The position numbers and the translations under genes were made by a program. Positions 42,819-53,135 of a stretch of 64,000 nucleotides of DNA are shown here, one piece after another (the first letter of the stretch is position 1; the number at the start of each line of letters is the position of its first letter). The stretch spans positions 1,920,001 to 1,984,000 of the forward strand of contig CBDCYI010000005.1 in NCBI GenBank assembly GCA_965224085.1. The letters are read 5' to 3'. Origin of the DNA: Candidatus Marinacidobacterales bacterium. GTDB taxonomy: Bacteria > Acidobacteriota > Vicinamibacteria > Marinacidobacterales > SMYC01. The notes under the pieces are model-generated. The model was not told where the DNA came from, did no database searches, and saw nothing but the letters and a program-made list of their open reading frames with translations.

Positions 42819-43668
42819 ACAATACACAGCAAACGCATGACGCTCAACAAATACTCTCCAGCCTGAGGGACCATCTTGCGCGGCATGACAAGCCTATCGC
42901 TTTCTTCTTAGGTGCTGGCACATCTTGTGCGATCAGAGTGGCGGTGCCCGATGACAAGGATAAGACGCAGCCGCTCATACCTGCCGTTGCCGAATTGACC
43001 AAGATATGCCGGGAAAAGGCGCGTGGCTTAGGCAAAAAGTATGAAGAGACATGGCAGTTGATCGAGGAGCATTACAAGGAAATGAAGCAGGACCCTAATG
43101 TTGAGAATATTCTTTCGCGCTTGCGCATGATGCTCAACGCCGTGGGCAACACCGATACGTTGTCGGGCCTAAGAAAGGATGAAATCGAAAAACTTGAAGA
43201 ATCTGTGCGCAAGACGATAGCCGAGATTGTAACGCCAAATTTAAGCAAAATTCCTAATGAGTATCCACATCGCAAATTCGCCCGCTGGCTGATCAAAACA
43301 TCGCGCCAGAATCCTGTTGAGATATTTACGGTGAATTATGATGTGCTTATCGAGCATGCCCTTGAGGCCGAACGCATCCCGACGTTCGACGGCTTTGTCG
43401 GCAGCTTCCGACCCTTCTTTCACCCAGATAGCCTGCGCCGATCGGAGTCCGCACCTGGTGCAAATTGGACCAGACTCTGGAAAATGCATGGTTCGGTCAC
43501 GTGGCGGCGCATCAAGCAAGATGCTCGGGTCCGTGTTGTCCGAGGGGACCCCGATACGGCGGGCGAAATGATCTACCCGTCATTTCAGAAATACGATGAA
43601 TCCCGACAACAGCCCTATTCTGCCTTTACAGACCGTCTGAGCCGATTCCTTGAGCAGGATGATAGCCA
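42815..43668 (+). pseudogene. SIR2-domain defence protein, 3' truncated
   Basis: FFLGAGTS, IFTVNYD..IE, FDGFVG, LWKMHGS, IYPS..KYDES. It ends before the GYSF/DxH region. Confidence 0.85.
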
Positions 43669-44307
43669 CCTGCAAACAGATGTGGATCACGCTGGATGTT
43701 CCGGACGACATCGCGGCCGGGCTTGCCCAAGATCAATCTCTCGGCCACGTGCTGCCATCGCCTGATTCCGGCGTTACGTTGATCGTCGGTGACGTCGAGA
43801 CTTCGCACGAGCGAGCACTCCGCGCGCAGGCTCAATGAATCGGCGTGGCGCATCGGTCGTCGCCCTCGTCGCTTCCTCAACGAGAGTTACGAGCTGGTCA
43901 ACCGCCTCCGTGTTTAGAATCGGCTTCTCTTCACGCATCACGTCTACAGTTCCCTGTGGCAACGAATCGCGAGAACAGTGGTTCGCCATTCGTCGGCGGG
44001 CCAAGGTGTGAAATCTTGGCGCTGCGGTCTTCCAGATGTCGCGCCGGTCACTTCGTCGAGGCGTCCAAGTTCTGGCATGTTGTTTACTAGTCTAACATCT
44101 CTGGCCGAGAAAGTTAGAGATCCTCGCTGCACCATCTGGAGCTTAGATGTTGCAGTTGGCTACGGGCCGCGCCAGTCACCTATGGCGGCCGGCCTCCCTC
44201 GCTCCGACCTACTACTTCATGAAGTTGAGGCTGGGAATCGTGTCGACCGCGAGCCGTCGTTGAGCGGGCATTGGACCTCGCCTCGAAAGGTCTGTCGGAG
44301 CTTCGAT

Positions 44308-44802
44308 TCAGGTCGTCTCGAAGCTGTTGTAGGAAGTACGGAGATCTACGGCGGTGTAGATCTCCAACAGAGCCTGACGCACCGGATCGCGTTCCTCGAC
44401 ATAGCGAACCTGCATAGCGCGGATGCGCGCCTTCGCTTCGTCGAACGAGACCCTGAAAGCGGACGAGTTGGCGAGCAGGTCGGCCGTGCTTCCGGCGGAC
44501 TGGTACGTCGGCTTCTCATGTCCGGTCTCGTCACGCGCGATCTTGATCGCGAGCGTTGCCTGACGTTGGGCCGAGGGATTGCCATGGTCGCGCAGACGCC
44601 GGCGCATGTTGCGCGTCCTGCCCACGTAGAGGTGCTCGTTCGGCTCACTGAGGAGGTAGACGCCAGCGGCTGCGGGTACCGGAGACGGGTGCGCGTCCAC
44701 ACGGACCGGATGCATTCCAAGCAACTGCTCATAGGCCGTCTTGATGTCCGCGATGACGGTTGCGAAGTCGACGCGGTGTTTCCGTTCTGGGTCGGTTGTC
44801 AT
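44308..44802 (-). CDS. GIY-YIG nuclease family protein
   Basis: AGVYLL...LYVGRT.NMRRRL..H, and a late Glu (ALLEIY). Confidence 0.8.
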   Translation of the reverse strand: MTTDPERKHRVDFATVIADIKTAYEQLLGMHPVRVDAHPSPVPAAAGVYLLSEPNEHLYVGRTRNMRRRLRDHGNPSAQRQATLAIKIARDETGHEKPTYQSAGSTADLLANSSAFRVSFDEAKARIRAMQVRYVEERDPVRQALLEIYTAVDLRTSYNSFETT

Positions 44803-45129
44803 GACCGGCGCATTCTACTCCTGGCGGCCCGCCCGCGTATGTCTGATCTCCGGGCGGCGGAGGCGTCCGGCGGATTGCTCCATTTCTACCATCGGGAAGC
44901 CCGTCGTGTCCGAAAACGCGAACGGAGCGAAAAGTTCGAATCCTAGAGGCGTTCTCGAAATTTGTGGAGACCAGCCGACACGGCACTGGGTCTGCGATAG
45001 TCGCTCCCGAGCAATGTGATCCGCAAAAAAGAAGATCGCGTACCGCCGGACCGACTTTTTGCGGAGCACACCAATGCGAAACGTTCCAGCGCGCCGGTCT
45101 TGAGCCCGTTTGTGTTTTTGGACACAAAG

Positions 45130-45521
45130 ACGTCCAACTGGCGGACGAGGATGCCGAGATCGAGCCGGTTCCGACTAACGGCGGCGGCCACAGACCGGAC
45201 CCCGAACTCGACCGCCTCTCGAACATCCTCAAGAGCTTCAACGACCAGTTCGGGAACATCCCGTGGACCGACGGCGACCGCGTCCACCGACTCATCACGG
45301 AGGATATCCCGAACCGCGTGGCCGCCGACCGAGCCTACCAGAACGCCAAGCAGAACTCCGACAGGCAGAACGCTCGGATCGAGCACGACAAGGCGCTCCG
45401 GCGGGTGATGACGGGGTTGCTGCAAGACGACACGGAGCTGTTCAAGCAGTTCAGCGACAACGAGTCGTTCCGGCGGTGGCTGACGGACACGGTATTCTCG
45501 ATCACCTATGAGGCCGCGTAG
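45130..45521 (+). pseudogene. hsdR: Type I restriction subunit R C-terminal fragment
   Basis: PELDRLSNILKSFNDQFG.I.W.D...AYQNAKQNSD.QNARIEHDKAL...LFKQFSDNESFRRWL. Begins at a repeat-B end. Confidence 0.8.
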
Positions 45522-45759
45522 CGGGTGCGGGGGCTCGGGCTTCCGAGCTGGCTGACGAGGGAGGGCGCGCACCTTGAGGCGCCTATGCGGCCGGAGATTC
45601 GGGTTCCCCGTGCACGCAGAGAAACACCGTCCAGAAACGGGATGCCACGCTCTTGGGCGAAGACCTGGGTCCAGGTCCTGGGGAAAGATGGACATCAAGG
45701 AGCCCGGGCCACACCTGGACCAGAACGTGCTAGGCCAGTCAGGAGGCCCGCGTCAACGT

Positions 45760-46012
45760 TTCTGAGTTGCGCCGCATCGAGCTCGACCCAACGTTCGACC
45801 CGAACCCACGCACTATCTTCCAGCTCGAGCAGTACTTCAAGCTTCCCTCAAGAAGCCTAGTGGTGCTGTCCGGCGCCGTTCACGTCGATGACAATGTGCG
45901 CGAGGAGGTCGTCCGTTTTGCCGCGAGTTCCGAGAACATCTTTGGACTTACGAAGGAGCAACGCAAGCACCTTAACCGATTCGTGAAGTTCCTTCGAGAG
46001 AACACCGACTGA
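45760..46012 (+). pseudogene. HTH regulator C-terminal part (CapH-like)
   Basis: PRTIFQLEQYFKLP..SLVVLSG...VRFAASS...LT.EQ...L..FVKFL; stop overlaps the peptidase start. Confidence 0.55.
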
Positions 46013-46638
46013 TGAAGAACCGGCTGATAGACCCGCTCGCGGCGCAAGATATTGAGGACCAAGTTGACAAGGTTCTGCGTGGTCTGGGCAACCCAGAGCC
46101 ACCTCTGGACCTGCGCGACGTGCGCGAGTTGCTCAAACTCGACCTTCAATTCTACAGCAGCACGAACACCGGACCGCTGCGCGAGTTCGTGAGCAAGGTC
46201 AAGCTGGGGGCGAAGCAGCTCGCGATGAAGCCTACCCTCATCCTCGACTTGGTCCGCCAGGCAGGCTTGAAGGCCCTTTGGCTTCCTGACAGAAAGCGCA
46301 TCCTCATCGACGAAGGTATGCCTGACCTCAAGATGCGGCACACAGAAGGCCATGAGATCACACACAGCATCACGCCGCACCACCGCCTGTTCTTGTTTGG
46401 CGATGACCGCGAGACGTTGCGTACCTCGTGCCACGAGAAGCTTGAGGCGGAGGCGAACTTCGGCGCCGGACAGCTCCTTTTCATCCGGGGCCGCTTCGTT
46501 GCCGAGGCTCATGATCTTCCCCGAACGCTGGCAACCGTTCGCGCACTGGCCAAGACCTTCGGCAACACCATAACGATGACACTGTGGCGCCTCGTCGAAG
46601 AAGCGCACGATGACGAGCCCCTCTTCGGGGTCATCTAG
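46012..46638 (+). pseudogene. ImmA/IrrE-family metallopeptidase (CapP-like), probably 3' truncated
   Basis: HEITH zinc motif, EAEANFGA, FGNTITMTLWR. The stop abuts an IS3 fragment (LERENRELKRAN). Confidence 0.75.
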
Positions 46639-46742
46639 CTTGAGCGAGAGAACCGTGAGCTAAAGCGGGCGAACGGCGTCAGGACGTTTCGGACTAGAGG
46701 CGTCTAGGCTTGGTTCGCCCATGAAAGCGAGAATCCTCGGTC

Positions 46743-47060
46743 ATGAACACGCCGGTCCAGCCCTTGATATGGTTGGTCGTCGCCATCGCTGGTTGGATCC
46801 AGCGTGACCAACAGGCGGCTATCGTCTACTTGCTCAAGGAGAACAGAGTCCTCAAAGCTCGGCTTCGCCGGAGGAAGCTTCGTCTCACACCGACAAAATA
46901 ACCCTTTCGACGTAAGCGTTCAGATTCGGCGAACGGTACGGCAGCCGAATGACGTCCGTTCCGGCGTGCTCGAGCAAATCTCGGAACTGGGCTAAACAGC
47001 CTGGAGGGCAACGTGTGGGACGCCGTCGCAGTCCTGAAGAAGATCCTCGAGACCGCGGCA
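46743..47060. pseudogene. Head-to-head rve integrase fragments
   Basis: Plus strand: AGWIQRDQQAAIVYLLKENRVLK. Minus strand: RLPYRSPNLNAYVER. Confidence 0.7.
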
Positions 47061-47469
47061 TGGCCGTCTGCTGCAAGACGAGAGCCTGAAGAAAGCCATA
47101 CACAAGAAGGTAGCTCGATCCTGGTCGAGGGTCGTCGGACATCTCTTCGTGCGCGCGGAAAGCGAGTTCGGTATCACCGATGACGTCCAGGCAGCTACAC
47201 AGCTTGTGATACTCCGCAGAGTCTTCGAGGATTGCGCGGTGTTTTCGCGGCGCGTTGATGAGTTCGCGAATCTCCTGTTCGAGCTCCGTGATTCTAGTCA
47301 TGTCGGGGTGTCCCACATCTCCGTCTCACCGTCTTGGGTACGTTGCCCTGGCGACAGGAAGGATTCTGTGCAGCGGCGTTGGATCCTAACTTATCGCCGC
47401 TCCCGTCAAGGTCTCGCTCGAAGGCCGTCGAGCCCTGACGAGTGCGGCGGGTCATCGAATCGGTCGGCG

Positions 47470-47580
47470 GCCCCATCCTCGACTTTCGCCAGCGAGGCAG
47501 GCTGCCCAGTCGTCCATGAGCCGATGACGGCGCTCGAACAGGTCCGTGCGCCGATAGGCCGCCTCAACCTTGTTCTGGAC
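47470..47580 (-). pseudogene. P4-type tyrosine integrase C-terminal fragment
   Basis: VQNKVEAAYRRTDLFERRHRLMDDWA (catalytic Tyr region). Confidence 0.65.
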
Positions 47581-47606
47581 CAATCCGCCGCGGCCGTCTC
47601 CGCCAC

Positions 47607-48302
47607 CTACCCGGGATGTTTCTCCCATGATGTCTGTTTCTCGTTCATCCGGTAGTGTGTCACGTTGTAGCCGACCAGATGCGATGGGTCCAGCGGGCGC
47701 TTTGCAAACTGGTTGTGGTACACGTCCAATGCGTGCTCGGGGTCTCCTGTCATTCTCGCAGAATCAGACCAGAACTCCCGTAGCACGGCGATGCAGGACA
47801 CCGAGGTGTTCATGTCGGCAGTCAGCTTCTTCCCAGGCCCTGGTCGGTCGGGGCCGAAGACGGGAGGCGAGCGCGGGTCTGCTGGAACGTAGACATCGAT
47901 GACATCCAGACCGCGCATGGCGGTGAGCACGCTGTAGCAGTCGTCGTGCTGCGAGTTCACCGTACGATTGTGCACAACCAACATTCCAGGCTCAGACCCG
48001 CAAAACGCCTTCAGTTGCTTGTTCACCTGCGAAATCACCCCACGAAGCCGCTTTCCCGGATTGGCACCTTGGAGCACTAGTTCACCACCAACAAGGCGTC
48101 TTCGCGCCTCCTGCTCCTCTGGATTGGGATCGAACTGCTTCACCTCCACGACGATACCAGCGCTGTCAGCCAATCGGATGCGGAAATCTGGCACCTTGCT
48201 ACCGGGCGGCATCGAGTGTGCGTCAATCCGCGCGGTCCGCCAGCCGCGGGACTTGCAGAAACGGCAAAAGAGCTCTTCAGATTCATTCATTCGACATTCC
48301 AT
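47607..48302 (-). CDS. Hypothetical PD-(D/E)xK nuclease-fold protein
   Basis: SEELF...KVPDF...VVEVKQ motif, KQLK and HNxFA. Confidence 0.55.
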   Translation of the reverse strand: MECRMNESEELFCRFCKSRGWRTARIDAHSMPPGSKVPDFRIRLADSAGIVVEVKQFDPNPEEQEARRRLVGGELVLQGANPGKRLRGVISQVNKQLKAFCGSEPGMLVVHNRTVNSQHDDCYSVLTAMRGLDVIDVYVPADPRSPPVFGPDRPGPGKKLTADMNTSVSCIAVLREFWSDSARMTGDPEHALDVYHNQFAKRPLDPSHLVGYNVTHYRMNEKQTSWEKHPG

Positions 48303-48463
48303 CTCTCAAGTCGGTGTGTTTGCGACATCCCCAAGGGCCGTAGGCCGGCGCTTGGGGATGTCGTGGCTGTCCGAGTTTTGGCACAGGACGGGTACGGAAG
48401 CAAGCCGATTGCGGCAGGTCTAAACCGCGCAATCAACGCCGGATTGACTTTTTGCGGAGCACA

Positions 48464-48646
48464 GGTTGACCCAGCCAGCTAGAACGAGCAGTAGGAATTG
48501 CGCGTGGTACGTCATCATGAAGCTGAAGATAACACCCTCGGGCCAGACGATTGTAAAGCCTACGGCCCTTGGCCCCGGCGCAAACACAGACACTAAGCTG
48601 CTGATTTATGGCCTATTTCAAAAGGGCCGAGTTTTGGCACAGGACG
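48464..48646 (-). mobile_element. Left end (A) plus start of an rve integrase gene
   Basis: On the minus strand, CGTCCTGTGCCAAAACTC leads to MMTYHAQFLLLVLAGWVN, which is cut by a D end. Part of this segment recurs at 6738-6798. Confidence 0.75.
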
Positions 48647-48654
48647 GGATGGGT

Positions 48655-49248
48655 CATGAGCCGCCTGAAGGCGGCTAAACCACTATTGGGCCTTCTTGGC
48701 CGACCAAACCAGATTCAGCTGCTCTAGGCGTTGATACTCCTTTTCTTGGTGCCGGATGTATTCACGAACAACTTCTTCATCCAAACCTACCGTGGACACG
48801 AAGTAGCCCCTCGCCCAGAAACTCTCCCCCGTGAAGTTACGCTTGCGCCCCAGGAAGTTTCGAGCCTATCGAAATTGCGCTTTTCCCTTTCATGAAGCAC
48901 ACCACACTCGACACCGCAAACTTCGGTGGAATGCTGATGCACATGTGGACGTGACCGCCCTTCAAATGCCCTTCCAAGATGCGACTTTCCTTCTGCTTCG
49001 CCAGCTCGTGAAAAATCTCTCCCAGATGCCGCCGAATCGCCCCGTAGATTTTCTTCCGTCGGTATTTGGGTATAAAGACAACATGGTATTTGCAGTCGTA
49101 CCGCGTGTGCAATAGGCTTTCGTAGTTTTTCATTGAGTCCTCCTTGTTTGGAAGTTGGCGCTTTCCAAGGAGGACTTTGTTATTACTGCCTCACACGGTC
49201 AAACCTCTGCCAGTCACCCCGGCAGAGCCGGGGGTTTACCTGTGATAA
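48655..49248 (-). mobile_element. tnpA: IS200-family element with frameshifted tnpA (48683-49133)
   Basis: YDCKYHVVFIPKYR, GHVHM, FWARGYFVST, EYIRHQ. End hairpins AGCCGCC-TGAA-GGCGGCT and CCCCGGC-AGA-GCCGGGG. Confidence 0.9.
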
Positions 49249-49250
49249 TT

Positions 49251-52200
49251 ATGAAAGGTCTCGAGTTTGAGCTCGATATGGAGCAGCGCCTCCAGGGCAA
49301 GACGCTGCTCGGAGAAGTTGTGTTCGACGAGGAGCGTTGCGACTGGGTTGCGTCGGCCCTGAAAAAAACGGTGCAACATTCAGGCTCTGCGGGACTCCTC
49401 GAAGCGCAGCGCGAATTTCCCCTTACGGTCGCGCTTTGGCTGGTTAACGAAGCCTTCTTCAACTTCACCTCTGGTAAGTATTGGCCTCCTGTCCTAGGCA
49501 AGATCGGAATCACTGAGGTCGGAAACACGTCTGTTCGCCTCGGGCAGGCTTTCCTGAAGTTTCTTGAAAAGCGGAACCTTCCGCGCTTTCGTCGCATCAA
49601 GACGAGATGGTCCTATTTAGGGCCGATTCTCGCGCATTGCGGGGTTCCCGAATCCTGCCTGGCGGAATTTTTTGAGAGGGTCGTTCCACGGGCTATTGAA
49701 TACGGCGCCCATACTTCGCAAGGATTCGAAGGCCTCAAGGACAGCATTGCTTCGCTATATCTGACGAAGCCCACTGAACGGTTCATCGTCTTCGGTGACA
49801 AGGTCGCGCATGATTTTGTCCGGCGCTCGGCGGATATGTTTCAGTTCTGGCAGAGCCAGGGAGGTGTACTCGACTCGGCTTACGACGCGCTTCCAGCCCG
49901 CGTGGTCGAGGCATTCGAAGAGTGGAAATCGACTGCAGAGAAGTCTCGACGCACGGATACGGTGGTGCGGCCGTCCGTTCGCCGGCCGGTCGCTCTGCTG
50001 GACCCGCGTCAGGGTTTCTGCTTGACGCTTCCCGAGCAATCGGTCAAATCGGGACAGCATGATCTCCAGTGGGTGGTGGAAGCGGACGCATCGGAGCCAG
50101 AAATCTTCCCGGCCACGACAGAGCCCGGTGAGCAGCGGACTCAGTCGAGGGAGGTCGCGTTTGCCGAACCTTTTGCGTCTTTGAAAGTTCAACTTCTCGA
50201 GAGTGGGGATCTGCTGGGTAGTTGGGATTTTCAAGGGATCACGCAAAACAGTCCGCTTCTCTTTTTTGAGCCTGAGCTCAATAGAATCTTGGTGCGGCGC
50301 TCTATCGAGGCGGGGCCATTGGGCATTGTTCACCCGAAAGACTGGGACGTGCTGGTGGTTCGGGGCGGCAAAACTGTTGCTCCAAACGTCGTTGCGAAGC
50401 TCGGCCAGCTCCCGTTCGGATGGACCTCGCTCGTCGCCAATGTTTACGACCTGACCGATGCCGAGGACGTTACCTTCCTGGGTGATGACGGCCAGACGAG
50501 CGCATCCGTCGAGCTCGCGGATGTCGCAGCGCCGCCGCCGCGCCTCGTCCCCGGCGAGGGAGACCGTTGGCCGTCGCGGGACGACCAGCAGATATTTGTC
50601 GGCGCCGCACCGACTATCGAGCTCGAGGATCGCACTCAGCAATCCGTCGAGTCCTTCGGTGAATCTTGGTCCATCGAAGTTAGGCCCTCGCCAGATCTCG
50701 AGGGAAAACAGGAACCGTTCTCGGTCGCGCTGAAGGATCTGAATGTTCAATGCGACAGGGCGGCCACGCTCTCAAGCTACTCGGTCTTCCTAGGTCAAGA
50801 GCGCCTGCTTGGAGATTCGCCGTGGGGCTCCTTCGAAGTCTACGCGAGAGGTCCCTTGGGACAGGACGCTCACTTCTCGCTTCATGTGCTACCACGGCTC
50901 GAGATCGCCAGCGACTGGGACCCGTCGTCTGAGGGCGAGAGCTCCGCTCAGGTTCGGATCCGAGTGCCTGCCGACACTGAGCTGCGAGGCGCGTATCCTA
51001 CCGACGACGCCTCGGTCTATGAACTTACCTCTGACGGTCGGCCGATTCGTATCCATCTTACAACGATCGGGTTTCGAGGGCGGCGGTGCGAACTTCCGGT
51101 TGAAGTCGACGTTCCTTTGCCGTCCTTTGCTCTATGGGAGCCGAACGCGTCGAGACATGTTCTGGACTGGACGCGCAGCCCGCTGCGTCTATCGATTGCC
51201 GAGCTCCAGGGGCGAAATCCGTTCCTTCTACTTCGGCTCGCGACTACCTGGGGAGTTCCCTCGGGAGGAACCCTTTGTCTGCGAGGCTCGTCCGGAGATG
51301 CGCTCCGCGACAATATTGAAATTGACGACCACGGCTACGCCAAGGTGGACCTATCAAGAACGCTGTCCGAGACGACTCATCGAAGGATCTCGCGTTTCAA
51401 CCTAGTCCTCGAGCTTCAACTGAAGCGCACCGTGAATGTTCCCTGCGGAACGATTTATCAAAATTGGATGCCCGACGCACTCGAGTGCGATGTCGGGCCG
51501 TCTGAGACGAAGTTGCATTGGAAAGAGCAGATTCCTGTCGAGAATCGCGTTGTCCAGGTGCAGTCCTTGCTGACTCCGTGGGAAGACGTGCGCTCGTACT
51601 CGATACCTGACGACGTCGAAGGCGTTTGGGAGATCGACACCGCGTCACTTCAACCTCAGCCTGGACTCTTTCGCCTCGAGCTCGGTCTGACGGACACCTG
51701 GACAGATCTCTTCGAGCCCTCGGGTCGCAGCCTCCGCATCCAATCGGGTACGCATGACGATTGGCTGCGGCATCCGTTGAGCTCTGAGGAGGGGCCTTCC
51801 GGGTTCCTCTTCAGAACGCTCGTCCGCCACTACGCCGGCGATCTGGAAAAATATGAAGAGACAACGCCGGCGCTTCCCGAGGACAAGAACGGGCTCGCGG
51901 AGCGCCTCCTGCGCGCCCGTGCGACCGCTGCGGCTGACGGCGACCGCTCGCTTCGCCGGAAGCTCGATCGACTGCTCTCGTCGCTCCCTATTGAACATGT
52001 GTTGGCGGCGATCGCGGAGTGGCCGGTCGCCTTCGAGCCATCGATGATTCTGAACTCTCGGCTTTTTGCGCGGCATTGGCGACACGGGGAAGATGCTGTT
52101 TGGGGCGCGAGCATTGCGGAGAAGCTGTGGCGCCTTTGGCACCCGTTGGGCGCCTGGGCAGACTTAGTGATGCTCGGAACGGATGCAGCGGGCGCCGAAA

Positions 52201-53135
52201 AAAGATTGATTCACCATTTGGGCGATGAGCCATTGAAAACGCTCTGCCCTATTCAGCAAGGTGGGAGCTTGACCTTCTGGGGAGCCGAGCCGGAACAACG
52301 CGTTGAAGCAACAATCACGAAATTGGTCAACGAGCATGAAGTTAACGCCTTTCAGCTCGCACGTCTGGCTCCCGGCGTGGCTGTCATGCTCCGTGGCGAT
52401 CGGCCGGCGGATATCCACGAATATGACGTCGAGCTCTCGAGGAGGGATGACGGCGGTTGGCGCCTGGATAAGGACGACGTCGCCACGTTGCCGCGATCGT
52501 TCTACCAACTCGTCGGAGACAAAGCTGATCGGCGTGTTGGGTTGTTCTATCCTCGCTCACAGCGCGGATATGGCACCCATACCGATGTTCCCGTCATCGA
52601 CCTGATAAAGGCACGCAATGGGATCTTGCTGGAAACGATCCGGTCTCGATTTCAGCTTCCGAGCAGTGCCGTTGCGCCCGAGGCGTTTCAAGCCGCGTGT
52701 TTCGAGTGGTCCATTCATGCAGCCAGCGATCCAGACTGTCGGGCGCAGTTAGAGAATCTCTGCTACGACTACGCGATCCCTTTTGCGGACGATCTTTTTG
52801 CGTTTCAGCACCCCCCGGGCTCGACTCCGGAATGGCGCGCTCGGGATGAGCTCAAACATCGTTGGCTGCCAAACGCCAAACTCGAAAGGCTAATGGCTGT
52901 CCCTTTCCTCTCTTTAGCAATAGCTACGAACCTGATTTGGCGCGGAATGGGTAGGCCGTCGCTTTTTAGCATCGGCGAGGAGTGTCTTGTCGATCTGGCG
53001 GTGACGTTTCATGAGCTCGCCCCGAAGCTCCTCGAACACGACCTGACAAAAGTCTGTGCTATCGAAGCCCTCGAACGGTCACGTAGGAACCCATACGAGC
53101 TTGAATCCCGCGAAACTGACGCAAGACCTGAGTGA
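49251..53135 (+). CDS. Large DruH-like protein (partner of a DUF1998 helicase, Druantia type III-like); start uncertain
   Basis: ~1300 aa with an N-terminal YW...LG..F...ILAH.GVP..CL..FF pattern; overlaps the helicase start. The ORF-track start at 49155 lies inside IS200. Confidence 0.55.
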   Translation: MKGLEFELDMEQRLQGKTLLGEVVFDEERCDWVASALKKTVQHSGSAGLLEAQREFPLTVALWLVNEAFFNFTSGKYWPPVLGKIGITEVGNTSVRLGQAFLKFLEKRNLPRFRRIKTRWSYLGPILAHCGVPESCLAEFFERVVPRAIEYGAHTSQGFEGLKDSIASLYLTKPTERFIVFGDKVAHDFVRRSADMFQFWQSQGGVLDSAYDALPARVVEAFEEWKSTAEKSRRTDTVVRPSVRRPVALLDPRQGFCLTLPEQSVKSGQHDLQWVVEADASEPEIFPATTEPGEQRTQSREVAFAEPFASLKVQLLESGDLLGSWDFQGITQNSPLLFFEPELNRILVRRSIEAGPLGIVHPKDWDVLVVRGGKTVAPNVVAKLGQLPFGWTSLVANVYDLTDAEDVTFLGDDGQTSASVELADVAAPPPRLVPGEGDRWPSRDDQQIFVGAAPTIELEDRTQQSVESFGESWSIEVRPSPDLEGKQEPFSVALKDLNVQCDRAATLSSYSVFLGQERLLGDSPWGSFEVYARGPLGQDAHFSLHVLPRLEIASDWDPSSEGESSAQVRIRVPADTELRGAYPTDDASVYELTSDGRPIRIHLTTIGFRGRRCELPVEVDVPLPSFALWEPNASRHVLDWTRSPLRLSIAELQGRNPFLLLRLATTWGVPSGGTLCLRGSSGDALRDNIEIDDHGYAKVDLSRTLSETTHRRISRFNLVLELQLKRTVNVPCGTIYQNWMPDALECDVGPSETKLHWKEQIPVENRVVQVQSLLTPWEDVRSYSIPDDVEGVWEIDTASLQPQPGLFRLELGLTDTWTDLFEPSGRSLRIQSGTHDDWLRHPLSSEEGPSGFLFRTLVRHYAGDLEKYEETTPALPEDKNGLAERLLRARATAAADGDRSLRRKLDRLLSSLPIEHVLAAIAEWPVAFEPSMILNSRLFARHWRHGEDAVWGASIAEKLWRLWHPLGAWADLVMLGTDAAGAEKRLIHHLGDEPLKTLCPIQQGGSLTFWGAEPEQRVEATITKLVNEHEVNAFQLARLAPGVAVMLRGDRPADIHEYDVELSRRDDGGWRLDKDDVATLPRSFYQLVGDKADRRVGLFYPRSQRGYGTHTDVPVIDLIKARNGILLETIRSRFQLPSSAVAPEAFQAACFEWSIHAASDPDCRAQLENLCYDYAIPFADDLFAFQHPPGSTPEWRARDELKHRWLPNAKLERLMAVPFLSLAIATNLIWRGMGRPSLFSIGEECLVDLAVTFHELAPKLLEHDLTKVCAIEALERSRRNPYELESRETDARPE

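Noticed and set aside
49155-49250. ORF-track N-terminus of the 1326-aa protein
   Set aside because: It lies within the IS200 left end, so it is fortuitous read-through.
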